Made by a program: the position numbers and the translations under genes
From: Candidatus Latescibacterota bacterium
GTDB lineage: Bacteria; Latescibacterota; UBA2968; UBA8231
Length of the DNA stretch: 64,000 bases
Assembly (NCBI GenBank): GCA_965206595.1
Contig: OZ242214.1
Coordinates: forward strand, 4,256,001 to 4,320,000
Reading direction: 5' to 3'
Shown: positions 31,326 through 41,800 of the stretch, piece after piece
Position numbering within the stretch: the first letter of the stretch is position 1
Layout of the letters: each line of letters opens with the position of its first letter
The notes under the pieces: generated by a model
What the model was told of the DNA's origin: nothing
Databases searched by the model: none
The model's input: only the letters and a program-made list of their open reading frames with translations

Positions 31326-31694
31326 ATGGGCTTTTCTACCCTGATAGCACCCACGGAAATCGAGGTTTACCGAATCAGAGACACCCCTCTATTCTTGTTC
31401 GATTTTGAGTTAGACATCGCATCAAACCTACTGGACAATGGGCCTGTACAACACGCTCATGGGCCTGTACTTGTGGGGAAATACCGCGTAAATAAACCAT
31501 TTTTCATCCATACGCCGGAGAAGGAACATGATTCTCCCTTTTCTTCCATCTGGCATCCCGGGGGAGCCTTTACCGCAGAGGATATCCACAAAGGGAAGGG
31601 TCCAGACTACATCGAGGAAACTGGTCGAGATGATAGCCAGGAAGAATACGAAGCCAAAGTGGAAGCCCTGAAGGCTCGGAGAAATCCAGAATAA
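31326..31694 (+). CDS. Hypothetical protein, AT-rich
   Basis: RBS aaggag; 122-aa ORF, no motif recognised. Confidence 0.5.
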   Translation: MGFSTLIAPTEIEVYRIRDTPLFLFDFELDIASNLLDNGPVQHAHGPVLVGKYRVNKPFFIHTPEKEHDSPFSSIWHPGGAFTAEDIHKGKGPDYIEETGRDDSQEEYEAKVEALKARRNPE

Positions 31695-31817
31695 GGGGAA
31701 GAATTGGGTGGAAATCGAGCGACAGCGGCGAAGAGTTGCCCTAATCGAGGACCTACAGCATCCCGCCTTGGAACTGGCGGCTGCGGAGGCTGATAACGGG
31801 GAGGATGTCGTCGGGCG

Positions 31818-32618
31818 TCATCTTCGGTGACTTCCTTTTATAGCCCCCCACGTGGTTTGGACGATGGCGGTGGCAACATCCGCACGCTTAAATTCATACG
31901 TTTCCGGACTTTGGTCAAACACACTGCTGGTTATTAGTAAGGTGTCGCCTTCGATGGCATAGACGCCCCTCAGTTCCATCAGGAGCCCAAGCCCCGCCTG
32001 TTCAAAGTCGGGGATTAATTCAGAAACAGACTCCTGGAAAGCTTCTGTTGGTATTTCTTCATACGTTTGAAGAAGGGCAGCGAATAAAACCTCATCCTTT
32101 TCTGCGGGGGGTAATTCGTCCAGAACAATTCCCTCGCCCAGCAAAATGAACCCCACAGCAATAAAACGAAGAAGGAACGATAAGATAGGGGGCCAAAATT
32201 CTTCCGTGGTCAGAATTTCGCCACCGGAGAGTATATATTCGGTTCCGTCATAGTGCACCAGCAGGCTGTCCTTCCGTGTTTCATACGTGCCAGAGGCGGA
32301 AATTTTCTCAATGGTTTGTAGCCTTCTTATTTCCACTATTTCTTCCAATAAGGCTTCCGGGATTTCGTCCTCGAAATTTTTCGGGATTTCCAGAGTTTCC
32401 GGAATTTCGCTTCCGGCCCCGAAAGCATCGCCAAAGATGAGGATGGCAACATCAAAGGTGCCGTCTGGCCGTAAGGCCAAGCGGGTGGTGGCTATTTGCT
32501 CGGCACCGGTGCTGTCATAGAGTGCCCCTTCCCAAGTGCCGGGAAGGGCTTCCTCCTGTTGGGCGGCGGCAAGCGGCAAGGCCAGGAACAGCAGCACAGC
32601 GATAAACGGACGGTGCAT
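31818..32618 (-). CDS. Secreted hypothetical protein with C-terminal TWGAIK motif
   Basis: RBS aaggag; signal peptide ending PLAAA; LPGTW lipocalin-like start; ends TAIVQTTWGAIKGSHRR. Confidence 0.75.
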   Translation of the reverse strand: MHRPFIAVLLFLALPLAAAQQEEALPGTWEGALYDSTGAEQIATTRLALRPDGTFDVAILIFGDAFGAGSEIPETLEIPKNFEDEIPEALLEEIVEIRRLQTIEKISASGTYETRKDSLLVHYDGTEYILSGGEILTTEEFWPPILSFLLRFIAVGFILLGEGIVLDELPPAEKDEVLFAALLQTYEEIPTEAFQESVSELIPDFEQAGLGLLMELRGVYAIEGDTLLITSSVFDQSPETYEFKRADVATAIVQTTWGAIKGSHRR

Positions 32619-32825
32619 AACGGTGTTTCTCCTTGGTTGAAAAGTGAGGTATCAAGTATTCCCATTCCGGTCACTGGGGAAAAAACCCAAGCTTTCCACA
32701 ATCCTTATACAGGGGCACAAAATAGGCAAATAAGCACTCAGCAATCTGTGGTATACATACCATCACTTCATATTCAAGTGGGAAGAAAATTTCGTAAGAC
32801 GTTGTTTTTAAATAAGTTAGTAATA

Positions 32826-33216
32826 CTTTCGCAACTGCCGCGAGGCGTTCGAGTTCTACCGCTCCGTATTCGGGGGTGAGTTCGCCTTCATCGACACCTT
32901 CGCCAACGGTCCTGAGGACTTCGAGGTTCCCGAGGAGGAGCGCGACAACATCATGCACGTCTCCCTTCCCATCGGCTCGAGCGTGCTGATGGGCAGCGAC
33001 GCCCCCTCGACCTTCGGGCCTGCGCACATGGGGAACAACTTCTCCATCTCCTGCCAGACCCAGAGCCGTGAGGAGACCGACGAACTGTTCGGAAAAATCT
33101 CGGAGGGCGGGACCGTGACGTGTCCGCTGGCCGACATGTTCTGGGGGGCGTACTTCGGCTCCTGCACCGACCAGTTCGGCATCAACTGGCAGTTCAACTG
33201 CGAGCACAAGGAGTAG
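32826..33216 (+). pseudogene. VOC/PhnB-family protein lacking its first codons
   Basis: NCREAFEFYRSVFGGE...IMHVSL...LMGSD...MFWGAYFG...DQFGINW; native start replaced by AT-rich DNA. Confidence 0.75.
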
Positions 33217-33406
33217 GGATTCCCCACCCGGGGCATGGGGCTGACCTGACTAATGGAAGGCCTCCAGTTTCACCCGGTCGACGGCGAGCGCTGGAACGAC
33301 CCGGAGCGCCTGTTCGAGGCCAGGGGCGGCAGCAGGGGTCGGGGTCGTGTTTGTCGCCGCCCCATCCCATTCCTCCCTTCCATCCCCGAAACAGAAAGCC
33401 TCAACC

Positions 33407-34180
33407 ATGTCTGACATCCCTCGCTCCATCGAGTTGGAGATCGAAGTTACCGGCAGCCCTGAAGAGGTGTGGCGCGCCATCGCCACCGGTCCGGGCATCT
33501 CCTCGTGGTACGTCCCCCACACCGTCGAGGAGCGCGAGGGAGGGACGGCTGCCGCCTCCTTCGGCCCCTCCCCGGAGATGCAGGTCGAGGGGAGGGTCGC
33601 TGCCTGGGAGCCGCCCCGCCGGGTGCTTTTCGACGGCGGCGAGGATGTCGAGGGGCTGGCGTTCGAGTGGTCGGTCGAAGCCGGCAGCGGCAGTTGCTGC
33701 GTCGTGCGGCTCGTCAACACCGGTTTCGGCAGCGGCGGGGAGTGGGACGCCCAGTACGAGGACATGGTGAAGGGCTGGCAGCTGTTCCTGCTCAACCTCA
33801 GGCTGCACCTGGAGCACTTCCGCGGGCAGACCGCCTGGGCGGCCCTGCCCACGGCGATCTGGCCCGGACCGCGAGAAAAAGCCTGGACCACCCTCGCCGA
33901 TGCGCTGGGCATCCCCGCCGCCCCCGCGGTCGGCGAGCGGATCGAGGTCAGCGGATCGGGCGCCCCTGCCCTGGCTGGCGCGGTCGCCGACCGCGCCCCG
34001 TGGCGGCTCGCCCTGCTGCTCGAGGAACCGGCGCCCGGTACGGCTTTTCTGGCTGTGGAGGGCAGCGGCCAACAGGTCAGCGTTTCGATCTGGTCCTACC
34101 TGTATGGAAAGGAAGGCATCGGGAATTATACGTTTGTCTTGACAGGCTCAGAATGTTGCCCGACCTTCTTTTCTGCGTGA
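33407..34180 (+). CDS. SRPBCC (AHSA1-like) protein, C-terminus replaced by IS1595 end
   Basis: SPEEVWRAIAT...WEPPRR...GWQLFL; runs into the IR at 34121. Confidence 0.78.
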   Translation: MSDIPRSIELEIEVTGSPEEVWRAIATGPGISSWYVPHTVEEREGGTAAASFGPSPEMQVEGRVAAWEPPRRVLFDGGEDVEGLAFEWSVEAGSGSCCVVRLVNTGFGSGGEWDAQYEDMVKGWQLFLLNLRLHLEHFRGQTAWAALPTAIWPGPREKAWTTLADALGIPAAPAVGERIEVSGSGAPALAGAVADRAPWRLALLLEEPAPGTAFLAVEGSGQQVSVSIWSYLYGKEGIGNYTFVLTGSECCPTFFSA

Positions 34181-34311
34181 CGGGCAGGTTTGCGGAGCAA
34201 GGCCCGCCCTACATCGGCGGGCGTTGCCCCCTTGTAGCGAGGATTGGCTGACGGCGTATTCTGCCACTTCTGAACAGCTTGTCGGCGGTCTTTTACTGAA
34301 GACTGGTTCAT
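34126..34311 (-). CDS. Small terminal ORF of the IS1595 element
   Basis: 61-aa ORF immediately after the 34316 gene, running into the IR. Confidence 0.35.
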   Translation of the reverse strand: MNQSSVKDRRQAVQKWQNTPSANPRYKGATPADVGRALLRKPARHAEKKVGQHSEPVKTNV

Positions 34312-34315
34312 CAGA

Positions 34316-34756
34316 TCATTTTCTCGCGTGGTTCTTGATCCATTCCTCCCGTTCGTTCTCTTCCAAATCGGGAAACCGTTTGTCTACGTAATCGGAGAGG
34401 TACTTTTCATACCATTCATTGTCATCCACGAGGTTGTCATATAGGGCTCCTAACACGGGTATCATTTCATTTCTGTCCTGAACAGGATCGTTGCGTCCTT
34501 TCGGGAATTGGCCAATCTTCAACGCTTTTTCGACTGCCGTAATGGTCGACTTGATTCCAAGGAGATATGCACAATAAGTACACTTTTTCCCTCCCACTTT
34601 GCCGGCGCTGTTTTCTGGAAGTCGATAAAGGGACAGATCCAATCGACGGCGTTGATCCTTGTTCTCGCGTTTCCTGCCACTATGGAGGGAGCATTTTTCC
34701 GGGTCCATTGCGTTTTCCTTTCCATTGACAGCGCTTGACTGCGGATTTTGGCTCAT
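34316..34756 (-). CDS. Hypothetical passenger protein with CxxC
   Basis: ATGA overlap with the upstream methyltransferase stop; KCTYCAY. Confidence 0.55.
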   Translation of the reverse strand: MSQNPQSSAVNGKENAMDPEKCSLHSGRKRENKDQRRRLDLSLYRLPENSAGKVGGKKCTYCAYLLGIKSTITAVEKALKIGQFPKGRNDPVQDRNEMIPVLGALYDNLVDDNEWYEKYLSDYVDKRFPDLEENEREEWIKNHARK

Positions 34757-36410
34757 ACTCGCAATTTCAGTTGGTCTTCTCGATATCGTTTGACGGTCTG
34801 CATGGTAGGTGGGCAATCCACTTTCGCGCCGTCAATCACTTCGTGAGCTGTTACGATTTGAATTCGTGCGTAACTCTTCGGCGGTAGATCATCGATCGGT
34901 TGATACTTCAGGTGCCCTGCCCTTTCTGCTGTATTTTCCATGGCGGGAGTTGGATCTCGATCCAAGACGAGAACCCCCATGAGTGCATTCTCATTATTCA
35001 TGGAACCTCGAAGTTCCCGAATCATAACAGGACCACGCTGCTGACCCGTCTTGACGAGAAGATCAGCCGGCCCCACTCGTCTTGGCCTTTGGAGCTTCCC
35101 AGATGAAAAGTCATGTCTCCGTCTACTCCGCGATCCGCTGACTTTTTGGGATTGGGCAACCCTCCGAGTCGACGTATCAGCCATTCCTGCTTTTCAAAGG
35201 GGTTCAGGCGTTTGTATTCGGCCATCGTATCGGGGCTGCCTTCGTGAATCTGGTAGTGGTTGCCGTCATACACCCCACGGGCAGCCATTCGGTCTTATAT
35301 CTCGTCGATGGCATATCCGCTGATGTCGATGCCGATCCAGCCCATGCCTAGACCGTGAGCCGTTTCTATTGTGGTACCGCATCCAAAGAAGGGGTCCAAT
35401 ACAGTGCCTTCTGGGGAACAAGAAGCCCGAAGGATACGGCTCATGAGTTCGCCAGGCTTTTGAGTTTGAAACCCCCGCCTTTCCTGCGACAGATTGTGAA
35501 GTGGACGGATGTTTGTCCACACATCCTGAAGCAAAAACGCCTTTTGATTCGTCCTCGTATTGTTTCAGTCGCGGCATGCCTGATTTTGCAGGCCAATGAA
35601 TCAGCCCCTGAGCATCCAGTTTATCCAAGACCTTTGGGGGGTGAGCCCAGTGACGCCCCTTGGCCGTTATGTCGATTTCCCGCCAAGGCTGCCCAGTTTC
35701 TCCGCCTCTGATTCCGGCCCCTGTCAAATCTCCCCGCTTGTAGCGTCGTCCGTCCGGATCGGTCTGATCAAAAAATGTGTCTACGTAGTCCGGCTCATAA
35801 GGTTGGTACTGTGGAGTCCACGTGTAGCTGTCAGACGCAGTGTAGAACAGGAGAGTATCGTGAACAGGTCCATACCGTTTCGCCCCGCTATGCGCACTTG
35901 TGCGCTTCCAGGTCACCTCAGAACGGAAGTGACGGCGACCAAAAACACCGTCCATTATGACCTTCAGGTAATGGCTCGCGCTTGGGTCACAGTGGAAGTA
36001 AATCGACCCGGCCGGGGCGAGGATGTCACGGCAACGAATCAGCCGTTGTGTCATGTACATCAGGTAATTGAGAAGCTTCCTGTCGTCGGAGGTTCCACCT
36101 TCGAGAATCCGCATCCAGGCCTGCATGAATTTCCTTGAACGCATCCGGAAGATCCCAGGCGTCCAGTTCGTCTCGAAACTGAAGCACCAGCTGACGGGTG
36201 CTGTCCGTGAAATCCCACATATCATGGTAGGCCTTCTGCTGAGCCGTAATCCCACCATGATTGAAGATCATGGAATAGGTGCGGTTTGAATTGAAGGGGG
36301 GATGCCAAGTAGATCAGGTCTACTCGAATGCCTTCCTGCAAAAGCTGATCCAGGATCAGTTTGCAGTCGGCTCGATAAAGTCGACAATCCTTTCCCTGTG
36401 TGGAAGGCAT
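34753..36410 (-). pseudogene. N6/N4 DNA methyltransferase fused to a C-terminal restriction-endonuclease-like domain, multiply disrupted
   Basis: VDLIYL-(D)PPFNS broken by a 1-nt insertion, GSIYFHCD, TQKP, VLDPFFGCGTT, DRGVDG...VKTG; several frameshifts plus a stop at 35295. Confidence 0.85.
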
Positions 36411-36416
36411 CTTCCC

Positions 36417-37348
36417 TCAGGCGATCAAGTCCCGGTAAAGCAGTCGTTTTCCGACCATGGCGACGACTACGTGCTGCATCTGCTCGACGGTGCCTTTCTC
36501 GCGGATGTTGTGGCGCCCTGCGAACTCCTGCACATAGCGTTGTAGGTGCTTGGCTGACAGCTTGTGATAGACGCCCTTGTCGCCCGCTTCAGCATCGACC
36601 AGAAGCTCTCTACGCCGTTAGTATGTGCCATGCCTCGGACGTATTCCCCGATGCTATGGTAGACCGCCTCGTGCCGTTTCCGGCCCTCGTAGCTACTGGA
36701 GCCGTCGGTGTAGATCATGGCTTCCTCGTCGGCTACGTCGTCAACGAACCCGGTGAACGTCTCCTGATCGGTCTGCTCGATGACCTTGGCAACGACGCGG
36801 TTCGTCTTCCGGTCCTTCGCTCCAATAACAGCCGTCTTGCCAGCCGTTCCGCCTCCAACATTCAGCTTCTTATCGGCATGTTTGTTGGCTTCCTTGCCAC
36901 CGACGTAGGTTTCGTCTATCTCTACCGGCCCGATAAAGGAACGGGCTACATCAGCGAACGCTTCCCGGATGCGGTGGAGCATGAACCAGGCCGTTGCCTG
37001 GCGGATGCCGAGGTCGCGGTGCAGCTTCATGCTGCTGACGCCTTTCAGGCTGGTCATTTCCAGGTAGATCGCCAAGGCCCATAATCGGAGTGGGAGCTTG
37101 CTGTCTTCCATCGAGGTTCCCGTCTTCAGGCTGAAATACTCCTTGCACTCTCCGCACCGATATGGCATCGGCTTGCCGCTTTTCACCCGATAGGCTCCAT
37201 TGGTGCTCCCGCACTTCAAGCAGCACATATCCCCGTCCGGCCAGTGCAGGCCTTCGAACCACTCAACGGCCTTCTCTTCGGTTCCGAACATCTCCGTCAT
37301 CTGCATGACGGTCACGCCTTCGCGGTAGTGCTTTCCTGGTGCCGACAT
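36417..37348 (-). pseudogene. IS1595 transposase with late frameshift
   Basis: Zn ribbon, VEIDETYVGG, IYTDG, HTNGVESFWSMLKR; continuation KGVYHKLSAKHLQRYVQEF in another frame. Confidence 0.88.
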
Positions 37349-37429
37349 TTTCAATCTCCCTTTCTCTACAACAAAAGGTACTGAAAAAGGTACTGAATTA
37401 TCAGGAGGTACTGAATTATCAGGCACTTG

Positions 37430-37915
37430 TCAAGTCAAACGTATAATTCCCTTTGCGAAGGCCCCAAGGCTGCGCGCATTGTTGTCCCCGATTTCGCATC
37501 CGAAAACCATGTCCACCTCCTGGGCCGTGATGGCAAATCGGGTCAACAATCCGATGATCTCCGTACCCAGGCCCTGTCCCCACAGCTCCCTCTCGGCGAT
37601 GGCGAGATCGATTCGCCGCAGGTCAAGTCCGGGATAGAGCGACGCTAGGCGTGGGAGGTTCATCTCCTGCAACCAGCATTCGGCCACGGGCCGTCCCTCG
37701 AGCTCGCCGACGAACATGAAAGCTGTGCGTGACATGCCGCGATAGATCCGCTGGACATCTTCGAGACTGCGGGAGTCGACGGCTTCTCCTTCGACCCAAT
37801 AGAGCACCTTGGGGTCGTTGTTCCACTTGTACAACAGGTCCCAGTCTCCCTCCGTCATCGGCCGCAGAACCATGCGAGGTCCCACCAGCGTGGTTTCGTG
37901 TTCACGGATCATCAA
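37430..37915 (-). CDS. GNAT (RimJ/RimL-like) acetyltransferase, C-terminus truncated by IS1595
   Basis: LRPMTEGD, LWGQGLGTE, NNARS motifs. Confidence 0.75.
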   Translation of the reverse strand: MMIREHETTLVGPRMVLRPMTEGDWDLLYKWNNDPKVLYWVEGEAVDSRSLEDVQRIYRGMSRTAFMFVGELEGRPVAECWLQEMNLPRLASLYPGLDLRRIDLAIAERELWGQGLGTEIIGLLTRFAITAQEVDMVFGCEIGDNNARSLGAFAKGIIRLT

Positions 37916-38075
37916 ACTTCACTGTGCGAGCCGGGGGGTGCTCCGGAAGCTCACGCTCACGATGGAAGTGACAGAAGATCGCGCGATTCTTTCGGGATTT
38001 GGTGCAAATAGGAGGAGTTCAGTCCGCTTAAGGGCGTTCAGCTTCCGTTCCGGGCCCGCAAAATCCGGTCAGGCG

Positions 38076-38774
38076 TCACTCCTCCGGCGGAATCACCGAG
38101 CGGTCCCGGGGCTCGTACCCCAGCACTTTCCGCCCGTGGTCGAGATCGTACATCGGCCAGTTGCTGTCGGAGACCCCGAACACCACTTCGTAGCGGACCC
38201 CCGGATGAATGATGGCGCGCTCGAACACCCGCACGCAATCCCCGTGGCTGAGGTGGTGGGGGTGTTCCGGCAGGTCGCGGTCGCGATTGAAGTTGCCGAT
38301 GCGCACCGACACGACCTCCATGTCGAAGCGGGTCGCGTACATGTAGCCGATCTGCTCGCCGAACGCCTTGCTGATCGTGTAGTAGTTCTGCGGCAGCGGG
38401 ACCAGGTCCATGGTTCGCCGCAACGACTTCGGGTAGGCCCCCAGCAATCCTGCTCGGCTCGCGAAGGCGACGCGGCGCACGCCGTTTTGCCGGCTCGCCT
38501 CGAAGAGGTTGTAGGTCCCGGTGATGTTGTGCCGCAGGACCTGCTCCCAGGTGGCGCCGCCGCCAGGATTCCCGGCGAGGTGGATGACGGCCTCGATGTC
38601 CCGCGTCGCCTCGAGGGCAACCACGAAATCGGATAGATCGCCGGTCACCACGTCCCCTGCATCAAGGCCGGGAACCTCGACGAGGTCGAGGCCGCGCAGC
38701 TCGTAGCGCCCTTTCAGGCCTGCGACCAGGGTCGATCCCACGGCCCCGGCCGCCCCCGTGATCAGAACACGCAT
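38076..38774 (-). CDS. NAD-dependent epimerase/dehydrogenase (uronate dehydrogenase-like SDR)
   Basis: ITGAAGAVG, IHLAG, YTISK (YxxxK), VRIG. Confidence 0.88.
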   Translation of the reverse strand: MRVLITGAAGAVGSTLVAGLKGRYELRGLDLVEVPGLDAGDVVTGDLSDFVVALEATRDIEAVIHLAGNPGGGATWEQVLRHNITGTYNLFEASRQNGVRRVAFASRAGLLGAYPKSLRRTMDLVPLPQNYYTISKAFGEQIGYMYATRFDMEVVSVRIGNFNRDRDLPEHPHHLSHGDCVRVFERAIIHPGVRYEVVFGVSDSNWPMYDLDHGRKVLGYEPRDRSVIPPEE

Positions 38775-38802
38775 CGTTCGTCCAAGGCCCGCGGGAAGCG
38801 GT

Positions 38803-41800
38803 TCAGCGCTCGGGTTGGGGCAGGTGGCGCCGCGACTCGATCCAGAAGGCGGCGATCGTCGCGGCGACGATGCCGATCCAGATCCATCCGTGAACCTGGA
38901 ACCAGCTTGCGGGCTGGCGCACGAGATCCAGGCCCGGGTCCAGGGTGGCGGTCAGGACGCCGAGGAGGATGTAGGCGACGAGGTTGCCGCGCAGCAGCAG
39001 GGCGATGACGGCAGCCGAGATGGCGATGCCGATGGCGCCAGTACCGGCACCTAGGAGAAACTCGCCGGCGTTGAATGCCCCCCCTTCCGAGATCAGGAGC
39101 CAGGCGAGGACCGCTCCGATCACGTAGGCAGGTTTCTTCAGGACCTTCAGCACGTAGAAGAGGACGACGCCGTAGGCGATCGGCATCACCGCCCCGCTGG
39201 CCAGGGTGGCGATCAGGCCGCTGACGGCCGGCGCCGCGTCGTTCATTCCGGTCAGCGACAGGAGGCCGAACCCGGGCTCTGCGAACCCGGGGAATTGCCG
39301 GGCAGCGAAGCCGGCAAGGCGGTCTCCCACCTTTCCGGCGGCCCAGGCGAGCAGGGCAATCCAGGCGGCGTCGCGAAAGAACCCTGCCCGCCCCGGTCCC
39401 CGCAGGCGCTCGAGGCAGCCCGGGTACAGGGAATCGGCCAGCCCCAGGTAGCAGACCACACCGAGGCCGACGGCGATCAGTCCCAGCACCGCGCCGACGA
39501 CCTGCATGATGGTGAAGATCGCGGTCGTCATCGTCGTGCTGTACCCGGCGTAGAATGCCGGCAGGCTGTTGAGGTAGCCGATGAGGAACAGGGCGCCGGC
39601 GATCAGACCGAGAGTCACCGGTTTCCGCCAGCCGAGGGTCTGCGACCGCATCTGGCGGACCATCAGCCAGATCAGGTGCAGGACGACGAAGACGATGACA
39701 ACGATTTGCAGCCCCGACATCACCGCTTTCAAGGTGGTGCTCTCCTGGCGTTCCCGCAGCCATTCCTCGGGGAGCTTGACGAAGCGGCGGAAGCCGCTCG
39801 CTTCGTCGCCGATCACGTCGACCTCGATCCGGTAGAAGGACTCGTCGAGGTTGCGCGGGTCCCCGTCCAGGGCCTCCCAGACGAAGTTGTGGTCGCGTCT
39901 CGCCTTCATCTTCTCCGAGGAGGATTCCACCAGTTCGAACTCGCCCGCATCGACTCCGAACTCCCGCAGGTGGGCTTCGGCTACTGCCCGCGCCTCCTCT
40001 TCGGAGAGGTCGGCGCCGACAGCCTCCTCCTCCTCCAGGTGGGTGAAGGAATCGACGCTACCGTCGCCGCAGTCGACGTAGACGTGGAACTCCTCCTTTT
40101 CGAGGGGCCGGAAGAACCGCACCCGCCAGCGGTTGAGCGGCAGGTGGCGGCTGTAGAGGCTGTCGATGGCGGCGAAGCCGGCCCGCTCCATGCGGTACTT
40201 GGCGACGTTGCGGCTCGCAGCGGATGCACCTGTAACCACCGACCGGTACCCCTCGAGCTCGACTCCGCGGCCGCCCAGGTAGCTTCTCGCCGCGGCTTCC
40301 GCCTCCTCCGCGGTGACGGCGAAGGCGGTCTCTTCGAGCGGTTTCTCGTAGTCGAGGAGGAAGAGGCCGGCTGCCACGGCGACGACCGCGGTCGAGAGGA
40401 GAAGGCGGCGCCCCGACAGGGGGGTGTACGAGGATGCCGGCTCCGGTTCGGAAAGGGGTTCGTCTTCCGCCGCCTCCTGCAGCTCGTCGAGAGGGGGACT
40501 CTCGGCGCGGTTGAGCAGCGGCTCGGGATCGACGAAGAACCGGTGCCGCAGGTACAGGACCAGGGCGGCGGCGAACGGCAGCAGCATGAGGCCGACCGAA
40601 AGGCCCGCCGAGACGACGAAGTAGCTGTTGCTCGACCGCAGCAGGATCATGGCGGTGTAGAAGGCGTCGATGGTGTAGTGCCAGACCAGGGCCGGCAGCA
40701 GCCCCCAGCGGATCATCACGTAGCCGACGGCGATCCCGGCGAGGCCGACCTCGATGCCGCGGATGTAGAACGGCTGCTGCGGGTACCCGGCGTGGGCGAA
40801 TCCCCAGACCAGGGCGGAGATCACCACGGCGAGCCAGCGCTTCTTCAGGAAACGCTGCAGGAACGGGATCGAGAAGGCCCGCGAGGTGAACTCCTCTGAG
40901 ACCGCGGGCATGAACCCGATCAGCAGGACGACGACCCACGGGATGTAGGTGTTGACCATCTGGTCGTAGGGGATCTGCGCCGGGCTCCAGGCCCCCAGGT
41001 CGTCGGCGACGACGTAGAAGACGGTCTGGTAGGCGACGAACAGGGCGGTCATGGTCAGGCCGATGACGGTGCCGGTCAGGAAGCGCTTGGTGCGGATTCC
41101 CGCCGGCAGGAACTGCTGGTTGAGACTGATCTGGCCGCCGTAGGAGCGGCGGTAGATCGGCTCGGCCCCGGCGGTGAGGAAGCCGATGAGGACGGCCTGT
41201 CCTAGCGCCGAGAGCAGGGCCGAGAGCAGGTGACTGGTGAGGAAGCTGCCGTAGGTCTCGGTGGTGTCGAAGTTGAACTCCGTGAGCGGCAGGGTGTTGA
41301 GCTCGGCGAGGAAGGTCAGGGCGAAGGCGATGGCGGTGAATACCGTCACCGTCTTCCAGCGCACGTCCCGGGCGCGGATGCTCTGGGTGAGGACCACGAG
41401 CATGCCGATCCACAGGAGCACCATCAGGACGGCGGCGACCAGGCCGGTCGCTTCGTTGTAGGAGCGCAGCTCCTGGTATTCCCGCTGCCAGGTCTCGGGA
41501 ACCTTGAGGTACTCGCTGTACCTGCCGACCTGGTCCCCCTGGATGCCGACCGTGAGGCGGTAGGTCGCCTCGGAGACCTCGAAGTCGGACAGCTTCCAGG
41601 TGAAGGTGTGGTCGCTGCGGTTCGGGCGCTCGGTGATCTCGGCCTCGACGAAGGTCAACCCCACGGGATCGCGGCCCATCGTCCCGGTGAGGAAGCGTTC
41701 GGCCAGGGAGCGGGCTTCCGCCTGGTCGAGGCTGGCCCCGGCGGCCTCCTCCTCGATCAGGTGAGAGAAGCCGGCGAGCTCCCCGGCGGTCGTGTACTGC

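Larger units (their letters stand above)
34121..37451 (-). mobile_element. IS1595-family element carrying passenger genes (about 3.3 kb)
   Basis: 24-bp IRs with one mismatch: gggaattatacgtttgtcttgaca (34121-34144) and tgtcaagtcaaacgtataattccc (37428-37451); no target duplication. Confidence 0.88.

Noticed and set aside
10280-37348. Frameshifts as general sequencing error
   Set aside because: Housekeeping genes in the same window are intact, so most lesions are probably real; single cases still need read checks.
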